64,000 bases of DNA from a virus. Its lineage: Duplodnaviria; Heunggongvirae; Uroviricota; Caudoviricetes. Shown piece by piece: positions 28,067 to 37,115 of this stretch. How positions within the stretch are numbered: position 1 is the stretch's first letter; the number at the start of each line of letters is the position of its first letter. Position numbers and translations under genes: made by a program. A model generated the notes under the pieces. It saw only the letters and a list, made by a program, of their open reading frames with translations, was not told where the DNA came from and ran no database searches. The stretch lies in the IMG/VR virus record IMGVR_UViG_3300032335_000499. The stretch is one strand, 5' to 3'.

Positions 28067-28282
28067 TTATAGAAATTGATGGAGCCAACCATCAGCGAAT
28101 GTTTTTACCTCATCATCTGCGGCAAAATATGCATCCGCGTTGTTGATTGCGTCAATAGTGTCAAGAATGTCTTCATCATCAACACCCTGTTCACGCAAAC
28201 TATCTAGATAAGCAGTAAGGCTATCAGGCACTTCCTGTGCATCGTTCTTCTTACCAAATTCAACATGAATTACGTTGCTCAT
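28067..28282 (-). CDS. small acidic hypothetical protein
   Basis: ORF only. Confidence 0.3.
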   Translation of the reverse strand: MSNVIHVEFGKKNDAQEVPDSLTAYLDSLREQGVDDEDILDTIDAINNADAYFAADDEVKTFADGWLHQFL

Positions 28283-28311
28283 GATTGGCTCCTTAGATTA
28301 GTTGTAATCCT

Positions 28312-28560
28312 TTATTTGCACTTCTCGTTTTCACCCAATACAGTGCCATCACCGCAAGGGCCGCCAGTTTGTTCTGCTGGAGCAGTAACTTCAACACGAT
28401 CATCAGCGGATGCGCCGACTTCGGGTGCAGTTACGTCAGCATTAGCAGCTTCGGTAGCGGCAGCTTCGGTAGCAGTTACTTCTGCTGGTGCTTCTGCGGT
28501 GCCGCAAGCAGCAAGAGTAGTCAACGCTGCGATTGCAGCAATAGTAGTAATAGTCTTCAT
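28312..28560 (-). CDS. small Ala/Glu-rich secreted lipoprotein
   Basis: Signal peptide with lipobox LAAC. Confidence 0.4.
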   Translation of the reverse strand: MKTITTIAAIAALTTLAACGTAEAPAEVTATEAAATEAANADVTAPEVGASADDRVEVTAPAEQTGGPCGDGTVLGENEKCK

Positions 28561-28634
28561 GTACTTTCCTTTTGTTTTTGGATCCTTAAGTGGATCAAAC
28601 TATTTATATAGTACGCAAATGCTACTAAAAAGAA

Positions 28635-28719
28635 TGGTGCGAGTAGCCGGACTCGAACCGGCACGCCACAAGGACACAAGATTTTAAGTCTCGGGCGTCT
28701 ACCAATTCCGCCATACTCG
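28635..28719 (-). tRNA. tRNA-Leu(TAA)
   Basis: acceptor GCGAGTA/TACTCGC; anticodon loop CTTAAAA; long variable arm. Confidence 0.7.
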
Positions 28720-28831
28720 CATAAAACATTTTTCACCAACGATGAGAAAGAACATAGAAAGTTTTGTTGCTCTCTATGTTCTTACTATACGACATGTTGA
28801 GGGTAATGTCAAGAACTATTTTCAAAAATTT

Positions 28832-28907
28832 TGGCACGGGAGGAGGGACTCGAACCCCCGGCACTCGGTTTTGGAGACCGATGCTCTACCAACTGAGCTA
28901 CACCCGT
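28832..28907 (-). tRNA. tRNA-Trp(CCA), copy 1
   Basis: anticodon stem TCGGT/ACCGA loop CTCCAAA. Confidence 0.6.
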
Positions 28908-28913
28908 ACTTAA

Positions 28914-29306
28914 TTAAAAAGTGATTACGCCACTGTCAATGACAGGGTGTTCATCGTCTGTGCGATCAACAACGGTGTAAGTGAACTTATAGGTTCCAAG
29001 TTCCTTTAGCATTTCTGCTACAGACTCAAGTGCAAAATCTTTGCACGAGTACAAATCAAACTTGTAATAACTCGGTTCACCTGACCAGAAATGTATTGAT
29101 GAGTGACTAGTGGTAATACCCACCATCCCTGTTACGCCTTCGTTACCCTTGTCGTTACACCATACACAGATGGGATCAATTAAGACCGTCATGTCAACTG
29201 CTTCAACTAATCGCTTGAACCAATCTTCAAGAAAAGTAACGTACTCCGCTTGTGGAGCTTCATTTAGATATCCTGTAACTAGGATGTGCTTATTAACCTG
29301 TGCCAA
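28914..29306 (-). CDS. speH: S-adenosylmethionine decarboxylase proenzyme (small pyruvoyl SpeH type)
   Basis: GITTSHSSIHFWSGE...YKFDLYSCKDF aligns with Bacillus SpeH IISESHLTIHSFPEH...IDVYTCGDL (self-cleavage Ser context). Confidence 0.55.
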   Translation of the reverse strand: MAQVNKHILVTGYLNEAPQAEYVTFLEDWFKRLVEAVDMTVLIDPICVWCNDKGNEGVTGMVGITTSHSSIHFWSGEPSYYKFDLYSCKDFALESVAEMLKELGTYKFTYTVVDRTDDEHPVIDSGVITF

Positions 29307-29385
29307 CTCATAAAATCCTTTCCAATATTAATTTTACTGTCAGATAGCGAATGATTATTTATCATTATATACGTAGATTTAAAAA

Positions 29386-29460
29386 TGGTACCTCGTGACG
29401 GGATTGAACCGCCGACCTTATCCGTGTAAAGGATCTGCTCTACCGCTGAGCTAACGAGGC
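29386..29460 (-). tRNA. tRNA-Val(TAC)
   Basis: anticodon loop TTTACAC; T-arm GGTTCAATCC. Confidence 0.65.
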
Positions 29461-29470
29461 ACAAAATCAG

Positions 29471-29785
29471 TTAATCAAACTTATTCATCAAGTCATCTGT
29501 TAACTTTTGATTAACAAGGGTATGACATTTTTTACTAAGTTCAAGAAATCTTTGTCCAACATGAGAGTGTTGTGTATTAACAAGTCGTTCTCCCATTATT
29601 TGAAGGCGGCTTCCGATAATAGCAATGACACCATCAGTAGGTTCTTTGTTCGTGAACCTCAATCGTCTCAAATAGGCCTCACTTTGACCTAACCAGTGTT
29701 CACTGAATTGGTTTTCAGCCTCAACAAGTTTTTGCTGTTTCAAAAAATCAAAAATCTCTAAAACTACGGTACTATTTTTCATCAA
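29471..29785 (-). CDS. hypothetical protein (104 aa)
   Basis: ORF only. Confidence 0.35.
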   Translation of the reverse strand: MMKNSTVVLEIFDFLKQQKLVEAENQFSEHWLGQSEAYLRRLRFTNKEPTDGVIAIIGSRLQIMGERLVNTQHSHVGQRFLELSKKCHTLVNQKLTDDLMNKFD

Positions 29786-29800
29786 TCTTCTTTCAAAAAA

Positions 29801-29877
<77 letters not shown>

Positions 29878-29892
29878 AAAACTTTAATTACT

Positions 29893-30096
29893 TTACTTTG
29901 AATCTGCTTGAATGGCAGAACCAGTAGCATCTACCTTTTCGCCAAGAACAACTACTTCTCCCTTTTCACATTCAACAGTTACATCACCACGTTGAATGGC
30001 AGTTGCGAAACCGTAACCAGTTAACCCGCCAGCAATTAAAAGTCCGATAACTACACCGGCTGCAAACTTAGCTGCATCAATTAAAAATTTCTTCAT
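29893..30096 (-). CDS. small membrane/secreted protein
   Basis: hydrophobic N-terminus; ORF. Confidence 0.3.
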   Translation of the reverse strand: MKKFLIDAAKFAAGVVIGLLIAGGLTGYGFATAIQRGDVTVECEKGEVVVLGEKVDATGSAIQADSK

Positions 30097-30125
30097 ATTC
30101 TACATTATCCTATATGCTTGTTATT

Positions 30126-30201
30126 TGGTGGAGAATAGCGGGATCGAACCGCTGACCTCCTGAATGCAAATCAGGCGCTCTCCCATCTGAGCTAATTCCC
30201 C
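30126..30201 (-). tRNA. tRNA-Ala(TGC)
   Basis: anticodon stem CCTGA/TCAGG loop TTTGCAT. Confidence 0.7.
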
Positions 30202-30244
30202 ATGAAACTATTTATAACTTACTTACTCATCAATCAAAAAAGAA

Positions 30245-30321
30245 TGGTGACCCTGGCAGGGCTCGAACCTGCAACCCCAAGTTTAGAAGACTCGTACTCT
30301 ATCCAGTTGAGCTACAGGGCC
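30245..30321 (-). tRNA. tRNA-Arg(TCT)
   Basis: anticodon loop CTTCTAA. Confidence 0.7.
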
Positions 30322-30403
30322 AATCTCTTGTTATGAATTAACTATATCAATAATATGAAAAGAAGTCAAGAGCTTTTGGGTACTGCTCTTGACTTCTTAT
30401 AGA

Positions 30404-30480
30404 TGGTGCCCCCAGTAGGATTCGAACCCACGACATCCTGATTACAAATCAGGCGCTCTGGCCAACTGAGCTATAAGGGC
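30404..30480 (-). tRNA. tRNA-Thr(TGT)
   Basis: anticodon loop TTTGTAA. Confidence 0.7.
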
Positions 30481-30488
30481 ATTAAGTT

Positions 30489-30563
30489 TGGCTCCCTAAG
30501 ATGGATTCGAACCACCGACCAATTGATTAACAGTCAACTGCGCTACCGCTGCGCCATTAGGGA
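30489..30563 (-). tRNA. tRNA-Asn(GTT)
   Basis: acceptor TCCCTAA/TTAGGGA; anticodon loop CTGTTAA. Confidence 0.7.
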
Positions 30564-30614
30564 ATAAACTCTATAAACTATTTAATCTTGTTATAGCAGC
30601 TTGACAAATAAATG

Positions 30615-30809
30615 TCAAGCCGCTAATTGCGCTACGCAGTAATACCGAACCTCTATGTTTATAGAAGCTTCAAGCGCATACTTGTATCTCTCACCTGTAT
30701 CCTTGCACATTTCAATAGACTCTTGTGGCATATTGTCTTGCCACAAGAGTTCTACCTTCTTAGTGCTAGGATTCATATAGAATACATAAGCTATCAGTAG
30801 TATTTTCAT
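30615..30809 (-). CDS. small hypothetical protein
   Basis: ORF, promoter-like tgtcaag upstream. Confidence 0.3.
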   Translation of the reverse strand: MKILLIAYVFYMNPSTKKVELLWQDNMPQESIEMCKDTGERYKYALEASINIEVRYYCVAQLAA

Positions 30810-30840
30810 ATACTACTCTTAACATATTATTAACTATATG

Positions 30841-31407
30841 TCAAGCCGCTAATTGAACAATTCTACTGTGTTTGGGCACACCGCTCAACAGATACTCCAT
30901 TTGGTCAGCAAGGATGCTGCGATTCTGGAGAATCATGTTTTCGTAGTGGTTGGGCGCATACGGAATGTATAACAGTTCCATACCTGATTGCTTCAAACTC
31001 TTACAGCCCTTCTTTTGGTTGCAAGGAATACAAGCAGTAACAACATTAGTCCATTCGTCAATACCACCGTGGTACCTAGGTACAATGTGGTCTCGACTTA
31101 ACTTAGCGTGATTGTTAATGTGAACACCACAGTAACCACAAATGTTACGATCACGAGCGAACAGAGTTTTGTTAGTCAAGATAACCTTGTTGTGCTTCTT
31201 GAAGTTGAAACCCTCACCTTTAATAGCGATAATGCTAGGAGTTTCAAGATAACTCTGCGTACCATCAATTCGATAGCCGCCTCGATATCTAGCAATTACA
31301 TCGCCCAGTGTCCAACCTACCAAGTTCTTTGCGTGATACGAAATTGCTTCGTCGTGGGAGACCCACGTTCGCGGGGTACCCGATATGTCTAAGGCTAGTA
31401 CTGCCAT
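30841..31407 (-). CDS. HNH endonuclease
   Basis: CGYCGVHINNHAKLSRDHIVPRYHGGIDEWTNVVTACIPCNQKKG (HNH with flanking Cys pairs). Confidence 0.65.
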   Translation of the reverse strand: MAVLALDISGTPRTWVSHDEAISYHAKNLVGWTLGDVIARYRGGYRIDGTQSYLETPSIIAIKGEGFNFKKHNKVILTNKTLFARDRNICGYCGVHINNHAKLSRDHIVPRYHGGIDEWTNVVTACIPCNQKKGCKSLKQSGMELLYIPYAPNHYENMILQNRSILADQMEYLLSGVPKHSRIVQLAA

Positions 31408-31503
31408 AAAAACTCCTATTTCTTTCTATATTTAATTCAACTGATATTCCTTAGTGTCAGTTTACATTACATCAGATTGACCTCATTGTCAACTAGAATC
31501 TGC

Positions 31504-31589
31504 TGGTGCCCAAGAAAAGACTCGAACTTTCACGGGCTTTCGCCCACAACGACCTCAACGTTGCGTGTCTACCATTCCACCACCTGGGC
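31504..31589 (-). tRNA. tRNA-Leu(GAG)
   Basis: anticodon stem CAACG/CGTTG loop TTGAGGT; long variable arm. Confidence 0.65.
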
Positions 31590-31593
31590 ATAT

Positions 31594-31685
31594 TGGTACT
31601 CCTGCTCGGATTCGAACCGAGACCGATCCCTAATCTGGGCTTCGGGATATAAATCCGACCGCTCTAACCATTAAGCTACAGGAGT
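31594..31685 (-). tRNA. tRNA-like gene with ~17-nt expansion of the anticodon region (possible TAT anticodon, tiny intron, or pseudo-tRNA); acceptor identical to CAT tRNA at 27894..27968
   Basis: ACTCCTG/CAGGAGT acceptor, GCTT..GAGC D-arm, perfect CTCGG-TTCGAAT-CCGAG T-arm, 38 nt between D- and T-arms. Confidence 0.35.
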
Positions 31686-31686
31686 A

Positions 31687-32355
31687 TTAAATTTTAAATG
31701 TGAATGCAAAAGATACAGTGTTGTCTTCAATCCGATCCTTTGTATACAAGTCTTGAATTGAGAAACTTGTTTTCTCACTCAATTTGTATTTGATTTCTGC
31801 TTTATTCTGAATGAAGGTTCTAGAACCCTGCTCAATCATGAACTTATTAGATACAGATAGTGCTTTGCTTAGATTATGACTAATCCATACACTTTCACGA
31901 ACTACTACATCGCTGTATCCACCCGTGCCGTGCTTGTAACCAACGCTAAGTTCGTTTGATATCTTAGTCTTATCATTCTTTACGATTCTGAAACCGTGAC
32001 CAATGCTATAAACTGCTTGATCTTCTGAGAATGTTCTTGGATCGTGACGATAGCGAACACCTGCTTGAACATAGTGCTTAGGATGAATGTCCTGATTGAT
32101 TTTAGCAAATGCGTTAATCTGCTCTCTAGAAGTTACGCCGTTAGCACTCTTATAAAGAATGTCACTCTCAAATGAGTATTCTCTAGGGCCCGTGTCAGTA
32201 ACGTGCTTGAATGCTCCTGTCAAAACAATGTTATCGTCATTGATAACTGTTCCGCCTAATGAACCCGTTGTTTCTCTCTCAACCTGAGCATATGCAGGTA
32301 AAGAAAATAATAATGCTGCTGATAGTATAAGTGTTCTAAACATAGTAATCTCCAA
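31687..32355 (-). CDS. outer-membrane beta-barrel protein (OmpA/OmpW-like small porin family) with signal peptide
   Basis: Signal peptide ending AYAQ; alternating hydrophobic beta-strand pattern; C-terminal FTFKI. Confidence 0.5.
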   Translation of the reverse strand: MEITMFRTLILSAALLFSLPAYAQVERETTGSLGGTVINDDNIVLTGAFKHVTDTGPREYSFESDILYKSANGVTSREQINAFAKINQDIHPKHYVQAGVRYRHDPRTFSEDQAVYSIGHGFRIVKNDKTKISNELSVGYKHGTGGYSDVVVRESVWISHNLSKALSVSNKFMIEQGSRTFIQNKAEIKYKLSEKTSFSIQDLYTKDRIEDNTVSFAFTFKI

Positions 32356-32372
32356 ACTACTATTTAGCAGTT

Positions 32373-32458
32373 TGGTGCCCCGAGAGGGACTTGAACCCCC
32401 ACGCCTTTTGGGCAGAAGATTTTGAATCTTCCGCGTCTACCGATTCCACCATCGGGGC
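32373..32458 (-). tRNA. tRNA-Leu(CAA)
   Basis: anticodon stem GAAGA/TCTTC loop TTCAAAA; long variable arm. Confidence 0.7.
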
Positions 32459-32561
32459 AAATTGGTATCGGTTCAGCAGTTCAGGTTCTAGTTATAGTGA
32501 CCCTCATAGTGTGCCTTGAAGCATCGTTCTAGACCGATGACTTCTTCCGATTTCTGAATTT

Positions 32562-32646
32562 TGGTGCGGCTGAAGGGACTCGAACCCCCACACCTTACGA
32601 TACTGGTACCTAAAACCAGGGCGTCTACCAATTCCGCCACAGCCGC
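32562..32646 (-). tRNA. tRNA-Leu(TAG)
   Basis: anticodon stem CTGGT/ACCAG loop TTTAGGT; long variable arm. Confidence 0.7.
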
Positions 32647-32799
32647 ATGTTAAATGTATTTACTCGCCGTAACTAGTGTCTCAAATTTAGTTACTGATAC
32701 TAACTCAATAGTACTGCTACGGACATCAGGTACACTCCTGTTTGGTTTGAGAATGAAACAGGGTCACATATGGTCACCGTACACACACGAGTAAAATTA

Positions 32800-32875
32800 T
32801 GGTGCCTCCCCAGGGAATCGAACCCCAACCTCTGCTTCTTCAGAGCAGCGCGCCAACCATGTACGCCAGAGAGGC
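32800..32875 (-). tRNA. tRNA-Phe(GAA)
   Basis: anticodon stem CTGCT/AGCAG loop CTGAAGA. Confidence 0.7.
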
Positions 32876-32881
32876 ATTAAA

Positions 32882-33508
32882 CTATTTTATACCTGGATCA
32901 ATCAAACCTAATTGACTGAATGCCCAAGCTCTTTCATTGCATCTATTACAAGTGCCACATGGTGTATCAATATCATAAACACAGCTATGCGTCAATGTAA
33001 ATAGCTTTTCCAATCCTAACTGAATAATTAGCTGCACTACATGTGCTTTGGTTAGGTCTTTTAGTGGATAGTTGAACATTTCAGAATTTACAGGTACATA
33101 TGGTTTAGGTACATTATGCAATGCATGTTCTTCCAATGTCTGTATTATTCCTATATAGATCCTATTACGATTAGTTTTATATAACTCACGCATGCCGGCT
33201 GCTACTTGTAATTCACTATCTATTTCATCTATATCAAGTTTAGTAGCATACTGTTGCTCAATACCCAAACTCTCATGAACATAGTCAATGACAGGTTGAG
33301 CATATCGTGATGAACCATCGTTCCTAATTATAGTATAAGGTATAACGCTATATCTATCATCAGATAATGTCAGCTTCCTTATCAAATAATACAGCAATGC
33401 ACTATCTAACCCACCACTAACTAACACTCCTATTCTTCTATGGAGCGTTAATTTTACTTTTACCGGTCTAAGGTCACCATTAATATTTGATTCTAATCTG
33501 ATAGCCAT
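32882..33508 (-). CDS. QueC-like PP-loop ATPase (7-cyano-7-deazaguanine synthase family) with C-terminal Cys4 zinc site
   Basis: LVSGGLDSALL PP-loop plus C-terminal HSCVYDIDTPCGTCNRCNERAW resembling QueC CxxC...C zinc ribbon. Confidence 0.5.
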   Translation of the reverse strand: MAIRLESNINGDLRPVKVKLTLHRRIGVLVSGGLDSALLYYLIRKLTLSDDRYSVIPYTIIRNDGSSRYAQPVIDYVHESLGIEQQYATKLDIDEIDSELQVAAGMRELYKTNRNRIYIGIIQTLEEHALHNVPKPYVPVNSEMFNYPLKDLTKAHVVQLIIQLGLEKLFTLTHSCVYDIDTPCGTCNRCNERAWAFSQLGLIDPGIK

Positions 33509-33593
33509 ATAATATTTAGCCTAAAGAAAAAGAAGGTTACTTTTTAAATCTTCGCAACTTATCCTGCGTAAATACATGATAACGGAGAATAAA

Positions 33594-34403
33594 ATGAAAA
33601 TAATAGTGGTTAGTACTGGTAGAGCTAGATGTACTTTGCTAGCAAAATATCTTCACATCTTACATGACGATTTAGAATTTTGCGGAGAGTTTTACAATGC
33701 ACAGCAGGCAAAACTTGACAGGCAAGTTGAAAAATTTGCAGTAACTCCCTCAATCAGAAAAGACTTTTTAACAGATCCTACCGGCGAAAACATTGACTTA
33801 GTTAAGAGTACTAATGCACTATTTGATAAAGAAAACTTTTTAGTAAAATTAATGGCACTATGTCTTGACTTTGATAAAAATCAAGACCCTTCAGTATTCA
33901 GACTTGCAGAATACGATCAAATACACTTTATTGAACGACATGATTTTTTTGAACAATGTTGTAGTTGGGAAGTATCAACGAAAGAAAAAGTATTTCATTT
34001 AACTAACAATCCCGAAATAGAAAAAGAATTTAGTAACATAAGACAACGAAAATATAAAATATCACCGGAACGAATAGAACATGCTGCAACTTTTGTTGAT
34101 CTTTACTTAAAAATAAAAAAGTATGCAACAGATAACAATCTGCCATATACCGTTCATACCTATGAAAGTGCTAAACAGTTTGACAAAACACAAAATGAAT
34201 TAGTTGATGCAAAACTTGATTATAGCGAGTTAATAACTAACTATCACCTGAAGGAAGAAGTTAATAAACTATTCAATAAATATTTTTCGTATGACGACAT
34301 AACAAGTGATCCAAAAGCGTTTATGGCAGCGATTAGTCAAGTCGAAGGACTTCGTTCTTTACAAAGTTTTGCAGATAAGATGGCTGCTAAATGGAAAAAG
34401 TAA
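33594..34403 (+). CDS. hypothetical protein, possibly P-loop sulfotransferase-like (Stf0-type)
   Basis: Start moved to MKIIVV (GGAG 8 nt upstream); VSTGRARCTLL resembles sulfotransferase 5'-PSB-like loop; weak. Confidence 0.35.
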   Translation: MKIIVVSTGRARCTLLAKYLHILHDDLEFCGEFYNAQQAKLDRQVEKFAVTPSIRKDFLTDPTGENIDLVKSTNALFDKENFLVKLMALCLDFDKNQDPSVFRLAEYDQIHFIERHDFFEQCCSWEVSTKEKVFHLTNNPEIEKEFSNIRQRKYKISPERIEHAATFVDLYLKIKKYATDNNLPYTVHTYESAKQFDKTQNELVDAKLDYSELITNYHLKEEVNKLFNKYFSYDDITSDPKAFMAAISQVEGLRSLQSFADKMAAKWKK

Positions 34404-34413
34404 ATATTTAATA

Positions 34414-34488
34414 TGGTAGCCCGAACGGGTTCCGACCCCGCTTCTCTGCCTTGAAAGGGCAGTGTCCTAGCCACTAGACGACCGGGCC
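34414..34488 (-). tRNA. tRNA-Glu(TTC)
   Basis: Closely resembles E. coli tRNA-Glu (TCGTCTAGTGGCTAGGACACTGCCCTTTCAAGGCAG); anticodon loop CTTTCAA. Confidence 0.7.
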
Positions 34489-34562
34489 ATAATCTCTCGG
34501 GGCCTGCACAGCCCCTTCCCCCGTAACAATTGTGCAGTATCCCAGGGAGTACCTCTATAAAT

Positions 34563-34639
34563 TGGTCGGGGTAGCCGGATTTGAACCGACGACCACTTGT
34601 CCCCCAGACAAGTGCGCTACCTGGCTGCGCTATACCCCG
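34563..34639 (-). tRNA. tRNA-Pro(GGG)
   Basis: C1-G72 acceptor CGGGGTA/TACCCCG; anticodon loop CTGGGGG. Confidence 0.7.
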
Positions 34640-35114
34640 TTGATGTGGCCGCCCGGCAAGTTTGTTCCGTCCCCCTGCGAACAACATAAACAGTGAAGCA
34701 CAAGGTGAGCCGGGCGATAATATGGCGCGCCCGCTTATTTTCTATGCTGGGGCTACTTTCGGAAGGTAGTCCATGCATGCGGACGCATAAGAATGGAGCC
34801 AGCGGTAACGGTATGTTCGTCACTACTATAGTGGGTATCACTCGCCGGCATAAGTTAAATTCCGAGAAACTGCATTACTAGCTTGAAGGGCCAGACATGT
34901 TCCCAGAGAAAGTGTTCTAGTGGATAGCTGATAGTTACGCCAATCCAGAATCTATAATCAGTAATCAAATTTGAACACGAATTCATACACCGAACCAGTA
35001 GTCCAGTCTTCTTGTCTTCGTGATAATGTGGTTCATGGTTTTTCATACAATGTCTATCTCTTTGTTCATATACTAGTATACTATATATCAAGTAGCTTGT
35101 CAACCTAATATGTA

Positions 35115-35189
35115 TGGTACACCCTACTGGGCTTGAACCAGTGACCTTCTGGATGTCGACCAGATGCTCTACCACTGAGCTAAGGGTGC
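35115..35189 (-). tRNA. tRNA-Val(GAC)
   Basis: anticodon loop TCGACAT. Confidence 0.65.
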
Positions 35190-35196
35190 ATAAAAC

Positions 35197-35274
35197 TGGG
35201 GTGAAAGACGGGACTCGAACCCGCGACATTCGGCATCACAAGCCGACGCTCTAACCAACTGAGCTACAATCACC
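35197..35274 (-). tRNA. tRNA-His(GTG) with G-1:C73
   Basis: anticodon stem TCGGC/GCCGA loop TTGTGAT; extra 5' G pairing with discriminator C. Confidence 0.65.
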
Positions 35275-35280
35275 ATAAAC

Positions 35281-35354
35281 TGGCATACGCTGTAGGAGTC
35301 GAACCCACGCTAACTGGGTTGGAACCAGTCGTGCTACCGTAACACTTAGCGTAC
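35281..35354 (-). tRNA. tRNA-Trp(CCA), copy 2 (different sequence from copy 1)
   Basis: anticodon stem ACTGG/CCAGT loop TTCCAAC. Confidence 0.55.
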
Positions 35355-35584
35355 ATGAAATTAGATTCTAGGCGCGGTTGATGTAGCCTCTACCTTGATA
35401 GGGCTTCTTATCTACCGGTGCAGACCTAGGAATATCTTTAAATACGATCTTAATATTCGAAAGTTTATATATTTCTGCTAGCAATAATTCTTTGCCCATG
35501 AATGCCGATCGGTTTTCAGGCGTGTCGGGCACAAACATTACGCATTCTACAGATTCGCTTCTCATATTATCATATTCCTTATAA

Positions 35585-35662
35585 TGGTGCAACCAGAAGG
35601 ATTCGAACCTTCAACCTTCGGTTTCGTAGACCGACGCTCTATCCAGTTGAGGCTATGGCTGC
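35585..35662 (-). tRNA. tRNA-Arg(ACG)
   Basis: anticodon stem TCGGT/ACCGA loop CTACGAA. Confidence 0.7.
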
Positions 35663-35669
35663 ATTAACT

Positions 35670-35746
35670 TGGTGGTCCCTGAGGGATTCGAACCCCCGAC
35701 ATTCTGTTTCGAAGACAGACGCTCTATCCGGCTGAACTAAGAGACC
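35670..35746 (-). tRNA. tRNA-Arg(TCG)
   Basis: anticodon loop CTTCGAA. Confidence 0.65.
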
Positions 35747-35756
35747 AAATAAGAAA

Positions 35757-35832
35757 TGGTGCTGTTGGAGAGGATTGAACTCTCGACCTCTTCATTACCA
35801 ATGAAGTGCTACTACCACTGAGCTACAACAGC
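35757..35832 (-). tRNA. tRNA-Thr(GGT)
   Basis: anticodon stem CTTCA/TGAAG loop TTGGTAA. Confidence 0.7.
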
Positions 35833-36025
35833 ATATTACAATATTGCGCTGCTTTCTTTTCGGCAGTGCTTAATTTTTTATATCGTTTACTTTCGTCAAC
35901 GACCTTCATGAAGGAAGCATATCTTACATAATAGCCTTGTTCGTCTTTGCAAACAGTGGCACCTTTTCTGCTACCAGATAAGCCCCAATATGCTTTAATT
36001 ACTATCATACTTCCTCACAAAATTT

Positions 36026-36099
36026 TGGATGCCCCACAAGGACTCGAACCTCGATTGACGGAGTCAAAGTCCGCTCTCTTACCATTAGAGGATGGGGCA
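36026..36099 (-). tRNA. tRNA-Gln(TTG)
   Basis: U1-A72 acceptor TGCCCCA/TGGGGCA; anticodon loop CTTTGAC. Confidence 0.65.
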
Positions 36100-36151
36100 A
36101 CATCAAAGCAAGTGTTATTATATATGTTTTGTCAAACATTGTCAAATATTT

Positions 36152-36227
36152 TGGATGCCCGACTAGGGCTCGAACCTAGAACCTACTGAGTCAGAGTCAG
36201 TTGATCTACCAATTGATCTATCGGGCA
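36152..36227 (-). tRNA. tRNA-Gln(CTG)
   Basis: U1-A72 acceptor TGCCCGA/TCGGGCA; anticodon loop CTCTGAC. Confidence 0.7.
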
Positions 36228-36898
36228 ATGTGTCATTCATTATTAGAGGACACTCAAAGGTGCCAGTCGGTTTACAAAGCCGGTGCATTTTTTAACAGTG
36301 AATGTTCTCAAATAATGAATGTGAATAACAAGATGTGTGGGCTTCACAGACAACTCCTATAGTTGCTGGCACTGTATGTAAATCTTGATATAGGTTAGCC
36401 TTTTGTTGATAAGCGATCTATGTTTCCTGGCATTTCAGGATTGACCGCTTGAGAGGATCGTAATGTCCTCATCTGATAGTTTTTTCATCACCGCAAAGTG
36501 AATCCATCATTACCACCGCCCGTTTATTTTTTATAGTGCTTTGCAGCCTCGTTCCGACTTGCACTTCTAATGGAAAACCCCAAGAACTTGAGTCCCCGGG
36601 GTCTAAATAAACTAGTTTAACTATGTCTACTTAACCGCCGGGTTCTTGTTCCACTGATGGAGTAAAGTCGCCGCGAATACTTGTATTATATACTGCCGCA
36701 ACTGTACCCGATGGAGCCAATAATTGTCCCCAGAGAGTATGTTGTTTCAGTGATATGTTACAAGTAGTTTTCATAGTATGTTTATTTAGTCCTGGTTATC
36801 AATAACGCTTTTTAACGGCTAGTTTTTCAACTTTCGTCAATTTGCATTACATATACTCTTATATCATTTCAAAACTGTTGTCAAGAAAAAAAATGACC

Positions 36899-37036
36899 TT
36901 AGTCAGAATTTTGTTGTTGCAGTAGAAACTTCTGTGTTTCTTCTAGTGCGGCTTGATAGCCTTTTTGAAAGAGCGTGTCAGCTGGGTCCTTTCCAAAACT
37001 AGCAATAGCTTCTTTCAGATATTCTTCTATATTCAT
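36899..37036 (-). CDS. small hypothetical protein (45 aa) not in ORF track
   Basis: ATG preceded by AGGAGA SD and by promoter 37062..37090. Confidence 0.3.
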   Translation of the reverse strand: MNIEEYLKEAIASFGKDPADTLFQKGYQAALEETQKFLLQQQNSD

Positions 37037-37061
37037 CAGTATATCTCCTTGCTATAATCAG

Positions 37062-37090
37062 ACTATAGCACCGTTAGCTTTCTATGTCAA
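37062..37090 (-). promoter_or_regulatory. sigma70-like promoter TTGACA-N17-TATAGT
   Basis: revcomp ggTTGACAtagaaagctaacggtgcTATAGTc. Confidence 0.5.
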
Positions 37091-37115
37091 CCCCTAATTT
37101 GCTTCTAAATAGAAG

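Noticed and set aside
36230-36890. 650-bp ORF-free stretch after the last tRNA-Gln
   Set aside because: It contains AT-rich tracts and a CCCCGGGG palindrome but no repeat or RNA structure I could define. It is most simply a divergent intergenic/regulatory region between the tRNA island and the + strand gene at 37116.
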